64,000 bases of DNA. Source: Takakia lepidozioides. Taxonomy: Eukaryota > Plantae > Bryophyta. This document shows, in pieces, positions 10,337 through 22,915 of the stretch. Below the pieces are notes generated by a model. The model searched no databases. It worked only from the letters and a program-made list of their open reading frames with translations, and was not told the origin of the DNA. Position 1 is the first letter of the stretch. Every line of letters begins with the position of its first letter. The stretch is from assembly GCA_030704615.1 (NCBI GenBank), contig CM060734.1:9114001-9178000 (forward strand), given 5' to 3'. Position numbers and translations under genes: made by a program.

Positions 10337-13044
10337 CAATCCACAACTGTTTACGCCTTTCATGGCATGGAAGGGGTTGTTTCAGCACCTTGAGGGGCCG
10401 CCTATGGATGATTATCATGAGTTCAGGCGGGGGCATGAGGTTGAGATCGAGGAGTGGAGGATGTACTGGTCACCCGACTATGTCTCCATCACTAGAGGTA
10501 CTAGAGGCACAAGGGCAGCAGCCACACCGGCAGCTCCACCAGCAGCTGCAGCTGCAACAACAGCTTCCACGAGCAGTAGTGGGACTAGTGGTACAACAAC
10601 TATGACATCCACCCAAGCTACTGCTGCACCAGCACCAACGCCCGTGCCTGCATTCAACCCTGTTGTGGAGTTCTTCGAAGAGTTGAGAAGGAACTACCAA
10701 GGGGTGAGGACAAAGAAGTTGAGGAGCTTGCAAGAGTTCCAGAGGAAGCTTACTAAGAGCTTGAGGGAGGGTTTCACTCGCATCAGGAGCTTGATTAATG
10801 TAACCCAAGGGGTTACGGAAGCTCAGGCAATCCAATTTTGGTACGGGATATTGGACAAGGAGCTGAGGAGAAGGGTGCGGGATGCAACTCTCCTACAAGC
10901 GGCCCAACCCACCTTAGCAAATATGTTTTTTCTGGTAGAGCGGATAGAGCTCAACATGGTGGAGGAACGAGTGGTCATGGTGGGATTTGCTAAGGAGGCA
11001 CCACGGGGTAGTGGTGCTCCTAGCCAGCCACTACCTCAACGTGCTCAAGGCAACAAGGGGGCTCAGGTGAAGCCCAGGGAAGGGCAGAGAGGACCTCAGA
11101 TGCAAGGGTCTCTCCCTTCATTTGCAAGCCAACAACGGGTGGATGTGGTGTGCTGGACATGTGGAGGACCCCATGTTAAGAAGGATTGCCCAGAGGGAGG
11201 CAATGGTTTGGCACCGGCACAGCCTGCACAGTTGCAATGTGGGCATTGTGGCAAGTACGGGCATGGAGAAGCCCAGTGCTGTGGTTTGCATCCTGAGTTG
11301 CGCCCAGGCCAGTTCCAAGGGAATCAATGGTGGCCGGGGGCGAGGTGGAGCAGCCTAGAGAGGACGAGGTGGCCAGGCACGAGGTGCAGGCCAAGGGCAA
11401 GCTCAACATGGCCAAGGACGCGGAGGTCAGGGTGTTGACCAAGGCATGGCCAACCGGCTTCAACAGCTAGAGCAGAGGCTGGCTGCCATGGCCACAGCTC
11501 AGGTGGTACCGGCTCCAAAGCCAGATGGTCCACTTTCTGCTCCTGAGAGAGGAGACATGGGAGGCATGGGGTTCATGTGCGGGGCAGCACTACCACTAGT
11601 GAGGGGTGCCACTACCACTACCACTATGGGTGGGGCACCACTACCACTAGTATCGGGCAACACTACCACTACCACTATGTGCGGGGCAGGACTACCACCG
11701 GTGCAAGTGGAGTCAGCTGCGGCAATGACTCGAGGAGCAGCACGAGTTCCTGAGCCACGGGGTGCGGAGGTGGAGTTGGATCCACAGCGTGGGGAGGCAA
11801 ACCATCAGGCCAGGCTTCCTCAGTATTCACATTGGCGGAGACAGTGTCGACGCCGTCCATGGCACCTAGTTCTCGCCCGACTGTTACCGAGGCGAAGATT
11901 ACTATGTCATTGAGGAGAGCTACACGGGCAACACCACTACCTAGTGTTGCCAAGGCTATGGCTGCTAGTGTGCTGCTGGGGGGGCCACATCTGTGTGCCA
12001 GGCTCCATTATTCTCGGCTACCATGATTGCGACGCCGAGGGTAAGACCAGCTGAGGTGTTCAGGCTGGTAGCGACACTCTGTGAGAGTGGGGAGGTTACT
12101 TCATCTTTTGCGGAGATAATAGGAGGTATAGTACCGGAGGGATCCTTGGATTTGAGGGTCAAGACTGCCACGGCGGCACCATGGCAAGCTGCAGCGGCCA
12201 GGTTGATGGAGCTGCCAGCTAGGCCAGCCATTGAGCGCGCTATGGTGACACCTGGAGTTGTCATGTTAGACAACCAGGATGACATTTTCTATTTGAGTGG
12301 ACCGGCAGGCAAGAGGTACCGGCCACTGCGGGTCTTGTTGGACTTGGGAGCTTAGCCATTGATGCTGAGCAGAGCTGCTATTGCAGGCTTGGGCCTCACG
12401 GAGGCAGATATGGAGTCGTGCCCTTTCCAGATACTGACATCTCTGGGAGGATCAGAGCAGGCTCAGGGCATGACACGGCGTGAGTTGGCTATTAAACTAC
12501 ATCCGGATCATGCTACAGACGGCTCAGTGATGAGAGCCAAGGCCATTGTGACAGACGCGGTCTCGTACGATGTCCTTGTTGGTGGGGCAGTGTTGTACCC
12601 CATGGGCTTCACCCTGGATTTTTGGTAGGAGTCAGCTTCCTATAGGCCTGAATGGCAATCAGGGGAGGGCTGGCGTGTGGAGCTCATTGTGACGTCCATA
12701 GGAGGAGTTGCGGTTGCCCAACGAGGCAAGATGCCGACACTGGCAGCATTCACATCTGCAGTGACTTGGCCTGGAGAGTTGTTGGATGGCAACACTCATT
12801 CTGAGGATGTGTCAACTCTGGGAGAGCAGGATGACATGCATGGTACGGCGGAGTTGTCTGCCATGGTTGCTCATACTCCATTGTGGGGCTCGAGCAAGGA
12901 TTTGCAGCGGGTTGCTGATCGACGGGTGCAACAAGCCTGGGTAGAGTCTTTTGTACCGTCAGGAGAGGAGGACAGTGCGGGGATTGCACCAGGACCACCT
13001 CAGTTGTCACCATTGGACACCACACCGATCGTGTGGTAGTGTCC

Positions 13045-14020
13045 GGATGAAGGCATTTTCCTTCTGGACTTGTTTGGCAGAATCAGCACCGGATTGGCTG
13101 CTGTGCTACAGGCAAGTGTACGGGTACGGCGTTACTTGGATGTGGAGAGGGATGAGACTGCACAACGCGTCTCACTCCGTCATGTTGCTCAGTTGGTGCA
13201 GCAGTACCCTGAGTTGTTGTCGGTGTCTGTAGTTCGTGGATATCAGCAGGCCTTGCCAGCAGACATTTCGTTGCTGGGGGTGCAGGATTTGGAGCGGATT
13301 GGCTCCATTGATTTGGTAGTGGCAGGATGGCCCTGCCAAGGGCATTCATCAGCCGGGCATGGCAATGGATTGCGAGACTCGAGGTCGGGTCTGTTTTGGG
13401 AGATGGTGCGGATTTTGCACCACTTACAGCTTCATCAAACTGTATCTCCAACATACATCTTGGAGAATACGCCACTGATGGGCGATTCTTAGGCCAGGGT
13501 GATGGCCAGTGTGCATCAAATCTGGTCGTGGCTTGGGTCAGCAGTGTTGCTGGATGCAGCTGCAGTGGGATCACGGGCTCATCGTCCACGGCTATGGTGG
13601 ACTAACTTGATGCTACCCGCACTGCTCAAGCGTGCATTTGATGGGGTGCAACGGCTAGCACACCTCACAGTGGATAGCATTTTGGACATAGGGATGCAGT
13701 CTCAGCGTGTGAGACACGATGACCATTCGCCTTTGGCAATGGTCAACAAAGTGGGTCAACCATGAGCAACACTACCTACACTGCTCAGCTTCCCATGATC
13801 GCATGCTTTCCGGGATAGTGGACCTGGCCTCCTGTGGGATGCTCAGTTGAAGCAGTTAGTGAAGCCTAATGCCGACGAGAGAGAGCGGGCTATGGGTTTT
13901 TCCACTGGGACCACGGCAGTGTCTTCTCTTTCTGAGGCATCACGTCGTCAGGTGTTGAGGCAAGCGATGGATCTCAATTGCTTGACCTGGATTATCAGCT
14001 TGGCTATGGCTGAGCAACGT
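13045..14020 (+). pseudogene. C5 cytosine DNA methyltransferase, DNMT3-like (copy 2)
   Basis: LLDLFGRISTG, AGWPCQG, ILENT, AHRPRLWWTN, ERERAMGF and RRQVLRQAMD motifs; in-frame stops. Confidence 0.9.
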
Positions 14021-14494
14021 AGAGTGCGGAGTGCACTTCCCCTGACGGTCTCTCTGCCTACCGAGACGGTACAGGCAGTGAGTGGGGGCGAGCCGGTGAG
14101 GACCACGGGGTGTAGCCATCCATGGCACACGTGGGAGGTGCTCGAGGTTCAGAGGGAGTTGGCAGCCAAGGCGGCTGTGATAGATGAGGTTGGGGATTCT
14201 TCTCGGGTCGAGGAGGTCCTCAAGGATGAGATGATGGGGCAAGATGAGGCCTTATCAATGACTGAGCAGGCAGGGAGTACTGCTCATGAGGTTGCGGCAT
14301 AACAACCACGAGTCACGTCTCCTACCTCTAAGTCTGCTGGACTTAAGGTTGCAGTTACGGAGGACAATTGGGAGCCTGACATTGGACCCATTGTCACTGG
14401 AGGAGAGAGACGACGTATACGGCGGTTCCTGAGGGCTTACAGGAATTGTTTTGTCTCTCGTGTTACGGTGGAGGAGCATGAGAGACATGTTTAG

Positions 14495-16190
14495 GTTGTG
14501 CATCGACCGGATTTGGTCAATAGGGATGCGGATGGATTGAATCGCAATCCATGCATGAGCCAGTAGAATGACACTGGAGCTCGGTGGCATGGTGAGACGG
14601 ACGAGGAGATGGTGCTGGGATGGCATGCATCTGCTTTTTTGTGTATCTTGGCATCGGGAGGTCAGGTTGGACCTACAACAGGGATGACTGTAGACGGAGT
14701 GTCTGAGGACCCTGAGGCTAGAGATGAGCCAGGTGGTGCCAGAGATATACATGAGGATTCGGTTGTGTTGGACTATCTCCGCACTGGAGACACGGCAGCT
14801 AGTGTGACTTCCAAGGAGAGGGATTGGATCCTGCAACAAGCCAAGAGGTTCAAGTGGGAGGGGATACACCTGTTTCGAGTGTGGGAGGATGGTCGGGTGA
14901 GGATTGTGCCTCACCCAACACAGCGTGCACGGTTAGTGCGACATGCCTATGAGGAGTTGGGGCATTTTGGAGTGCGACGCACTCATAGTCTACTGCAGGG
15001 GCAGCATTGGTGGCATGGTATGCACATAGAGGTGCAACAATTTGTGGCTAGGTGCATGGTGTGTGACAGGGTGCGTGCTTCATTCAATGCCCCTACACCA
15101 CAGTTGCATCATTTACCCATCATGGGATTGGGCCATAGGTGGAGTCTTGACTTCGCAAGGCCGTTGCCACTGACGATGCGCCACCATAGATATGTGTTGG
15201 TGATGGTGGAGCACTTCTCCAAGTGGATTGAGTTGGTTCCATTGCCTGACAAGGCTAGTGAGGGGGTTTGCGTATGCATTCCTGGATCGTGTGCTTAGCC
15301 GATTTGGTGCTCCAGCTGAGGTACTCACGGACCAAGGGAGAGAGTTCTTGGGGGAGTTTCAGGCTTTGTGTGATAAAGCCTTGATAGACCACCGTACCAC
15401 TTCTCGGGATCATCCTGAGGCCGATGGCTTGGCAGAGAAAGTGGTGCAGACAGTGAAGAGGGGTTTGCGCAAGTATGGCTTGCAAAAGGGACACCTAGGA
15501 GATTGGGATCTTCAGGTACCTTGGTTAGCCATGGGCTACAGGTTTAGCAAGCAAACATCACTTGCCTCTTTCTCACCATATTTCCTTCTCTTTGGCCGAG
15601 AGCCAGATTTTCCGGCGTCTATTCGCAGGGAGACTGCAGTAGTCCTCAACCTTGATGATCCGGATGTGTGGACACAAGCATGTGGCCAGCGGGCAGAGTT
15701 GTTCAAGAGGGTCATGCCTATGGCTTTTGCGAACCTTGCTATTGCCCAATACCGAGATACATTGAGGTATGCCACTATACGTGGAGGGGGATATCGGCCA
15801 GGTGTTTGGCATTTCCACCCTGGGGACTATGTATATCTGCAGCAGACAACGCCTACGACCTTGGATGTTACAACAAGACGTGTGATTCTAAGGGTCAGGG
15901 AGGTGTTGCCTTCAGGAATGTTGATTCTGGAGGGTCGAGATGGCATGGTATGGAAGGACCATGTGCGCAATTGTGCGCCATGTCACCTTCCACATATGGA
16001 TGGGATGATAGATCCCAACCTTGCAGTGGTACCTGCAGGGTTGTGTTGCATGCTATGTGGGCATGCTCGTGGTGCCGCCACTATGCTGGTGTGTGATTGA
16101 TGCTCAAGAGGTTGGCACATGGGATGCTTGACACCATCTCTTGAGAGGGTTCCTGATGGAGATTGGTTATGTCCACACTGTTTGGGATAG
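14495..16190 (+). pseudogene. Integrase plus PHD finger (copy 2)
   Basis: ORF pieces 14609-15298 and 15228-16100; the PHD continues past a CGA>TGA stop to WLCPHC. Confidence 0.9.
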
Positions 16191-17183
16191 TGGCAGTGGA
16201 TATGACTAGTGGCAGTTAACAAGACATGAGAGACCAAACTCATAGGAGTCAATACCCGAGATCTCAGGCTCAAGTTCACAGGTTGTAAGACGACAACTAA
16301 CGATGGGGCAACTCTTGTACCCGGCCTCTTGATCTATCGATTTTGAGTATAGTAGGGACAGTGGTGGAGGACTTAGTGAGGCTATGGCCACTATCACATC
16401 TTGTGGCTACCTGGACTTAGAAGGACCTAAGCGCCAGCTAGGGGGGGCAATTGTGATGGACTAGTGGCAGCCTAATGATGGACTAGTGGCTGCACTAGTG
16501 GTGGCTAGTAGCAGCCTAGTGGTGGACTAGTGGCTGCACTAGTGGTGACTAGTGGTTGTCTAGTGGCAGCCTAGTGGTGCACTAGTGGTGGACTAGTGAT
16601 AGACTAGTGTTTGGTGTGCACATGTGTTGTGTGGTTTTGGAGAGCGATGTAGTTGTGTAGTGATATATATGCGCATGACAGCTGTCAAGTTATTTTACCA
16701 CTAGTGTGAAGTTAGCTAGGAAATAGCTAGCTTTTATATGTTGACATTTGGGATTGACCCAAGTGTCAATCTAGGGGCCAATATATGTTTGGGCACCTGG
16801 CGTTGTTATCTTCACGGCAGATCGCGGTGGCTCATCTTTTTTGAGTTGAGCCTCACCGCGTCTAGCTATGGCGCCGTAGTGTGGATTCCCCATGGCGTGA
16901 GGTGCACTTGGCTCGACTTAATATATGAATGATGTTTTCATGTGCAAGTATGTGAGTTTGAGAGAGCTTGTGTGCTTGTATCATTCTTTTCTTTATCATT
17001 GTGATAGACTAGTGGCAGCCTAGTGATGGACTAGTGGCTGCACTAGTGGTGGCTAGTGGTTGTCTAGTGGCAGCCTAGTGGTGCACTAGTGGTGGACTAG
17101 TGATAGACTAGTGTTTGGTATGCACATGTGTTGTGTGGTTTTGGAAGCAATGTAGTTGTGTAGCGATATGTATGCGCACGACA

Positions 17184-20100
17184 AGCTCAATCCACTTACC
17201 GGATTTCGGGGAAGATGGACCCCATTTGCACTTCCCAAAGGAACCATTCCTGGTTTTGAATCCAAAGTGAGTGCTGAGATCGAGGGTGAGCCATGTGGTA
17301 TTGCCGGAAGGCAATCTGAACCATGTACTCAATGACATCCCCCAAGTTATCTTCTCATAACACTGGGTTATGTCAGCGACAAATACATCATGGATTCTAG
17401 TAGGCAGGTTCAGAGTGAAGTCAGAAATGTTGTCTATAATCCAATACATGGAAGTGGATACTTTGAAAAACTTTTCATAAGTATCTAAGCGTATCTTGAC
17501 CCATTCTTTCACCAAAGGCAACAGGGCCATAGTGGCTCGTGTAAGAATACAGGCTAACTCACTGAAAATGCAGTTATGGGCATTCATGATCCATCGATAT
17601 TTCTTTTTGTGTAGCTTGTAGATCCCCATCATGTAGGGGAGACTACTAGCTGCTATTGGTACTTTAGGGATCAGGTTTTGTATCTGCTCAGACAAGCTTT
17701 CCATAACAGAGTCGGGTGGTAACCATACCTCATTTTGAGTGCAGGGCTTAAAATCTTTACCCATCAGTCGGTGAAAGGCCTGAGTTCTGATGTGCTTCAC
17801 ACACATATAACAGACATTATTGTTAGCCTTGTCAAGCCCCGACATATACAAGTTGTTAAGAAGCCATGATAGTTCATCACGAGCCTCATTCATAGTCAAA
17901 GGATTACCCTCGTTGTGAGTGCAATTGAATTTTCTTTTGCTGGCCCTGCGTTTCAGCCTGTCCCAACATGTGTTCTTTACCCATTGGCTGCAGTTTGCTG
18001 CCCATGGCTCACAAGGGTCCACACGTAGAATTTCAGAGGTTCTGGAAAAAGCATATGACACTTCATCAACGACATCTTTCAATATAGTGCATTTGAGATG
18101 TACGTGATTCATACCTAGGCTGAGAAGTTCTTTCAGCCTCGAATGTCTAATGATGTCCAAGTCCATGGTCCAAACATGTGATTTGGGGGCAGAACCAGAT
18201 AAGTGGAACTCTGCTTTAGTGTCCACATCACAAAAGTCATTGAATCTCTTGGCATTGCCACAGAGACAATCTGGTGAGTGGATTAGGTCCTGCAGAAAAT
18301 TGAAATCACAAAAAACAGCAGCAGACCTGTAATATTCTGTACTGCATTGTTTATGATAGGTCCAACCAAACATTATCTCATCAACGAGATTGGCCAAGTC
18401 GAGTTGCCCGAAAAACAAGAAGGCTTCTTTTATCACACCTTTAGGGCTTAGCCATTCCATTCCTCGGTTTGGGTACAACATATGTATGAAACCCAAAGGA
18501 GCAGCCTTTGCTGGTTGTGTTTCCAAGACAACCATCACCCTAGATTCAGATGTCATTCATCATTGAAGGAGTCTTGTTTTTCTTATAAAACAATCAGGAC
18601 AAACACCACCTTTGGTACATACCAGATCAGCATAAACACTTGAGCCTTTAAGAATGAGTTGCAGGTGTTGCAATTCCAAGAGCCCAGCCTGATAATTTAG
18701 ACCAACCAGCATGCTATGTCTATGTTCCATGAATGCATAAAGGTCTGGATCTGGTTTTCCAATCCTCTCTCCAAAACTCAATCAGAGTGGAGTGCTACAA
18801 TGAGCATTATCAAAACTTTATAGACAACACCAGCTCAAAGGGTATTCCAAAAGGCTAGTTTGATAAGTTAAACCAGCCCCTATGTATTTTGAAAAAGCCC
18901 AACAAGACCACTGCTTGGTATTCTCCAAGTCAAGTACAGCTTGGTACTTTCCAAGTTAACATAGTAAAACTGAACCTGTTTCAAATTCAAAGGATGGTTC
19001 CAAAGGCATTGTTTGGCAACTTTAAAACAGATGTTATGTAATCTGAAAAGCCCATCATGCCAGCTGCTTGGTGATCTCTAAGTTAAAATAGTGTAACCAG
19101 GGCTGTTTTAAATTTAGAACTCTGACCTCAATGTTCGAAAAGTACGGCTTGGTACTTACCGTGTTAAATCAGCATAAGAAGGCCTATCTTAAGCATCATT
19201 GGATAGCCTTATAAGGTCTGGAGATGGTACTCCAGCACCATATCAAAATGCAGCCGAAGTTCAGACTGGTATCATGCTAGAAAACTGATTTACAACTAGG
19301 TTAAAACCCAACTAATATGGTGCCAAAGTTCAGACTGGTATCGTACCAGAAAATTGACTTATAATCAGGTTACAACCCATAAAAACCAAAAAGGTTTAAG
19401 GTTGAGAGGCCGAATTGTATCAGATGCCCCACTGAAGCAGTATGTAGCGTCAATCGTCACCATCGCCAAGCCTTTGATCATCTGCAAACTGAAAAATACA
19501 CATCAAGTGAAGACCCTCACCTGTGCCCATCCCAAAAACCACCACATCAAGATGTGTGTTAGTGAGGATGCACGAGGTGAGTAGCAGGTCTTCACAGTTG
19601 CTATCCATGTCCAACATGCATTCTATAGTGAGCAAATTGATCAAAAGAAAAACATAGGTGCGACACCACAAATAACTTTAATCGTTTGTGGACTGGGACG
19701 TTGCGGCATTCACCACTTGAATCTTCAGAGATCACAGCAGAATGCAACAAATTGGGATACTTGAGGACAAATTGCATCTTTACAAAGTGCATGATACTTC
19801 CCCCATCACCTTATGAGCGCCGCTGCTTCATGTATAAGAAAGATTGCAGGCAAACACAACAGTAGGTCATTTGCCAGTGCGGGAAATGGAAGAGCCTACC
19901 GCCATCGCGCAAGAAAAACAAAATGCACGCGGATCGTGATGCTCGAGCACTCAGCTCAGCCGCCATCGCCATCCTCCAGAGAAAACAAGCACGAATATCG
20001 TGTTGTGCTTAGGGCAGAGAGGCGGTTAGCAAACCATCCCGTGATTTCATCCACTGGGATGAAATTTTGCACTACATTAGAGTTACATCCTCTTAGGTTT

Positions 20101-20340
20101 ACATCTATTAGGGTAACATCCAGGATGGATGTAATCCGTCATGGATGAAAAATGCAGGCTACATCCTTAGTGGTAAAGCTCAAGACAATAATTCATCAAG
20201 TTAGGGATTATACCTGGCATATTTTTCATCCGATATGGATGAAATTGAAAACATATTCCATTAGGGATTAGAAAGAAGGTATTTCCAAACCAGGTAGGCT
20301 TAGGAAAAAAATTGTTAATCCCAAACAGATAATTGGAGAG
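17184..20340 (-). mobile_element. Penelope-like retroelement remnant (RT region 17184-18556), cut by gypsy copy 2
   Basis: DKANNN, YKLHK-R, YWIID and VADITQCYE motifs; protein homologous to 58440-59790; leader shares the 19490-19620 motif with 55740-55850. Confidence 0.75.
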
Positions 20341-20657
20341 AGGGAGAGAGAGGGAGAGATGAGGGAAAAAAAATAAAAAAGAAGGTGGGGTGGGGGGGGG
20401 GGAGTGACTGCTGCTGCTCAGTCACTCCCCCCCCCCCCCCACCTTCTTTTTTACTTTTTTTCCCTCATCTCTCCCTCTCTCTCCCTCTCTCTCTCCACAT
20501 CTTGATGGCACAGAAGGAGAGAGAGGGAGAGATGAGGGAAAAGAGTGAGAGAGGGGGACAAAAGGAGAGAGGGACAGATGCAGTGAGGGAGAGAGGGAGC
20601 AGCTGCACAGTCACTCCCCCACCCCCCCACCTTTTTTCTTTTTTTTTTTCCCCCCTC

Positions 20658-20692
<35 letters not shown>

Positions 20693-20945
20693 CATCCTGA
20701 TGGGACAGAGGGAGACAAAGGGACAGAGGAAGAGATGAGGGAAAAGAGGGAGAGAGAGGGAGAGATGAGAAATTAATTAATTAATTTAAAAAAAAATGGG
20801 GGGGTGGAGGGACTGACTGAGCCGCTGCTGCTCAGTCACTCCCCCCCCCCCCCCCCACTTTTTATTTTTTATTTTTTTCCCCTCATCAGTCTTTCTCTCT
20901 CCCTGTCTCCCTCTCTCTCCACATCGTGATGGGACAGAGGGAGAG
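20340..20945. repeat. GA/CT-rich spacer with G-run/C-run hairpins (GnAGTGACTG...CAGTCACTCn)
   Basis: Hairpins near 20385-20442 and 20797-20858; the same motif occurs at 52202-52256 and 54617-54680. Confidence 0.85.
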
Positions 20946-22915
20946 AGAGGGAAGATAAAATGTCTTGTCGAGACATGGACAAGACCAAACAAGGTCGTTG
21001 TCAATTTGTATGACAAATCAACCTCATAACGAGGCACTATCAATCACTCTTCATTCATAAACTAGTCTGATGACATATAACAGATCTCACAGTTCATGAA
21101 ATCTCTGGGAGGGGGGGTGGGATCATATAAACATCCGTTTCAGACAAACAGGGACCCAATCAAGGGTATATTAGAAACATTTCATAGCAGGAAAATTATG
21201 TTTAACTTGCTAAGTTTACCACCCATGTTCCCATTAATAAACTGGAGAAGAAGTTCCAGTTTTCATATAGCCATAATGGTCAAATTAGAGCAGTAAATAG
21301 CTTCTAAACTATTTACACATGAAGGGAATGTCCATACATCTTGTTTTTTGTCCCAAGACCTAGTTTCAATCTGGGGCCAGTGTATAAATGGATTCAAAAG
21401 GTTTTGAGCAGTAAGTGATTACTGATAATCATAGACTATAAAGAAATCCAAAAAAACATGTCATGGTATATGCCTTAGTAGTAAAGCCAGTCTATCCCAG
21501 AGCCCGTTTTAGGTCTTGGGGCAATCTGTATCTGCTCCAGCAAGGTACTTGCAAGGTCACAAACAAGTAGAGAAGGACAGGAACCCATATGGTCTGCATC
21601 AGGCAGCATACATGGCCTAAAAACAAAAGATTGTGGTTCCCTATGTCCTCTTACTTAGCTGCTTGATATCATTCAAGCCACAGCATCATACCAGTACTAT
21701 AGACCGAAATAAAAAGCTCATGCTGTGCTGTAAAACAGCAAATCCAGCATCATCACGTAGTGTAGCAGAAATCAAAGGCAATAGTCTTTAATAGAAAGTA
21801 TGTGTTCTAATAAAGCTCATCTGATGTATTAATGCTCAACAGGAAGAGTTGGAAGCATAGCCAGAAAGATCAAGAAATGGGGGCGGATTCGAATCAGCTC
21901 CCTGAAGAAACAGCTTGAGTCGACTTCACTTCAGCTTGCTAGTTTTCAATCAATTGCAAGCTTCATGAATCATATTAAGTGAGGGCCCTCACCTGGTCCC
22001 ATCACATGCAGTCAAAAAACAATGAAGTTAGTGAAGATGTGGAACCCCAGGTGAATATCAGGCCTCACGCTTGTTATCGTTGTACACCATGCGTTCAAAA
22101 AGCAAGAAGAGATCAAAAGCAGAGCAAAGATATTCCACAACCTTAAGTGTTTGTGGAAGAGGATTTGACATAGCTCCAAGAACTCGATAATCGACAGCAC
22201 AAACAAGCAATGGTTTGCTGAAATCTACGAGCATTTTATCAGGTGAAGGGACTTCCTGATGGTTTAAGAGCGGCGCTTGATCTTAATGATCATTGAACGG
22301 AACGGCAAGCAGTCACAGCTTAAAGTAGGTTGCCCGCCAAGGGAAGAGACAACCTCATTGAGGGAATTGAAGCTCAACCGCCTTTGCATACCCCAAGGGG
22401 ATTTGAAAAGTACTGGAATCTTGCCAGAGCACTTGCAGGCTGTCATAAAGCTTCTCCATAGCAATCAAATTACAAGATTTGTGCTTAAATGATCCCTCTG
22501 ACACCATCTCTCAGCTCCATCAGAATCAAAACGCACGAGTATCTTGCAGAGTTTAAGGGCGGAGGAAGAGATAGGGCAAACCTTCGCGATTTCATCCAGA
22601 ATAGATGAAAAACAGATAATGTAAAGTATTTCCCTGATTCCATTATGATGTCATCCGGTAGTGATGGCATCCAAAAGTAGAGTCTGGCTTTCATTAGGGT
22701 TTAGTTTTCATGACCAAACTCATCCAAAGAACCCAGTAATCAGAGAAATTGCCTTCATGGAATTCCTCCATTTTCATGATTACATCCATTGTGGATTAAA
22801 AAAGGTTTAGACAAAATTATTCCAAGCCGGCCTGGGTTTTGGAAAAAGTACAAGCAAATTCCTTGTACAGAGGGAGAGGGAGAGAGGGAGAGAGAGGAGA
22901 GATGAGAGAAAAATG
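20945..22915 (-). mobile_element. Non-coding module of the Penelope-like family
   Basis: Begins with the reverse complement of the module-end motif seen at 54450-54510, 56600-56660 and 62520-62580; ends in TCATCC-rich sequence and a GA tract. Confidence 0.55.

Larger units (their letters stand above)
10337..17183 (+). mobile_element. Copy 2 of the MTase/PHD gypsy retrotransposon; 5'-truncated within gag, RT and RNase H deleted
   Basis: Collinear with 3063-9917; PPT at 16440-16450; B1(16452-16680)-A2(16683-16998)-B2(17000-17183). Confidence 0.95.

Noticed and set aside
1-17183. Classifying the elements as DIRS/Ngaro because of the split repeats and a methyltransferase
   Set aside because: They encode an aspartic protease and an HHCC-DDE integrase, no tyrosine recombinase is visible, and the MTase is C5-cytosine type rather than the DAM-like DIRS domain
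20385-21043. ORFs rich in ER/SL/P/F (also 52200-52415, 54617-55051, 50612-51331)
   Set aside because: Translations of low-complexity repeats
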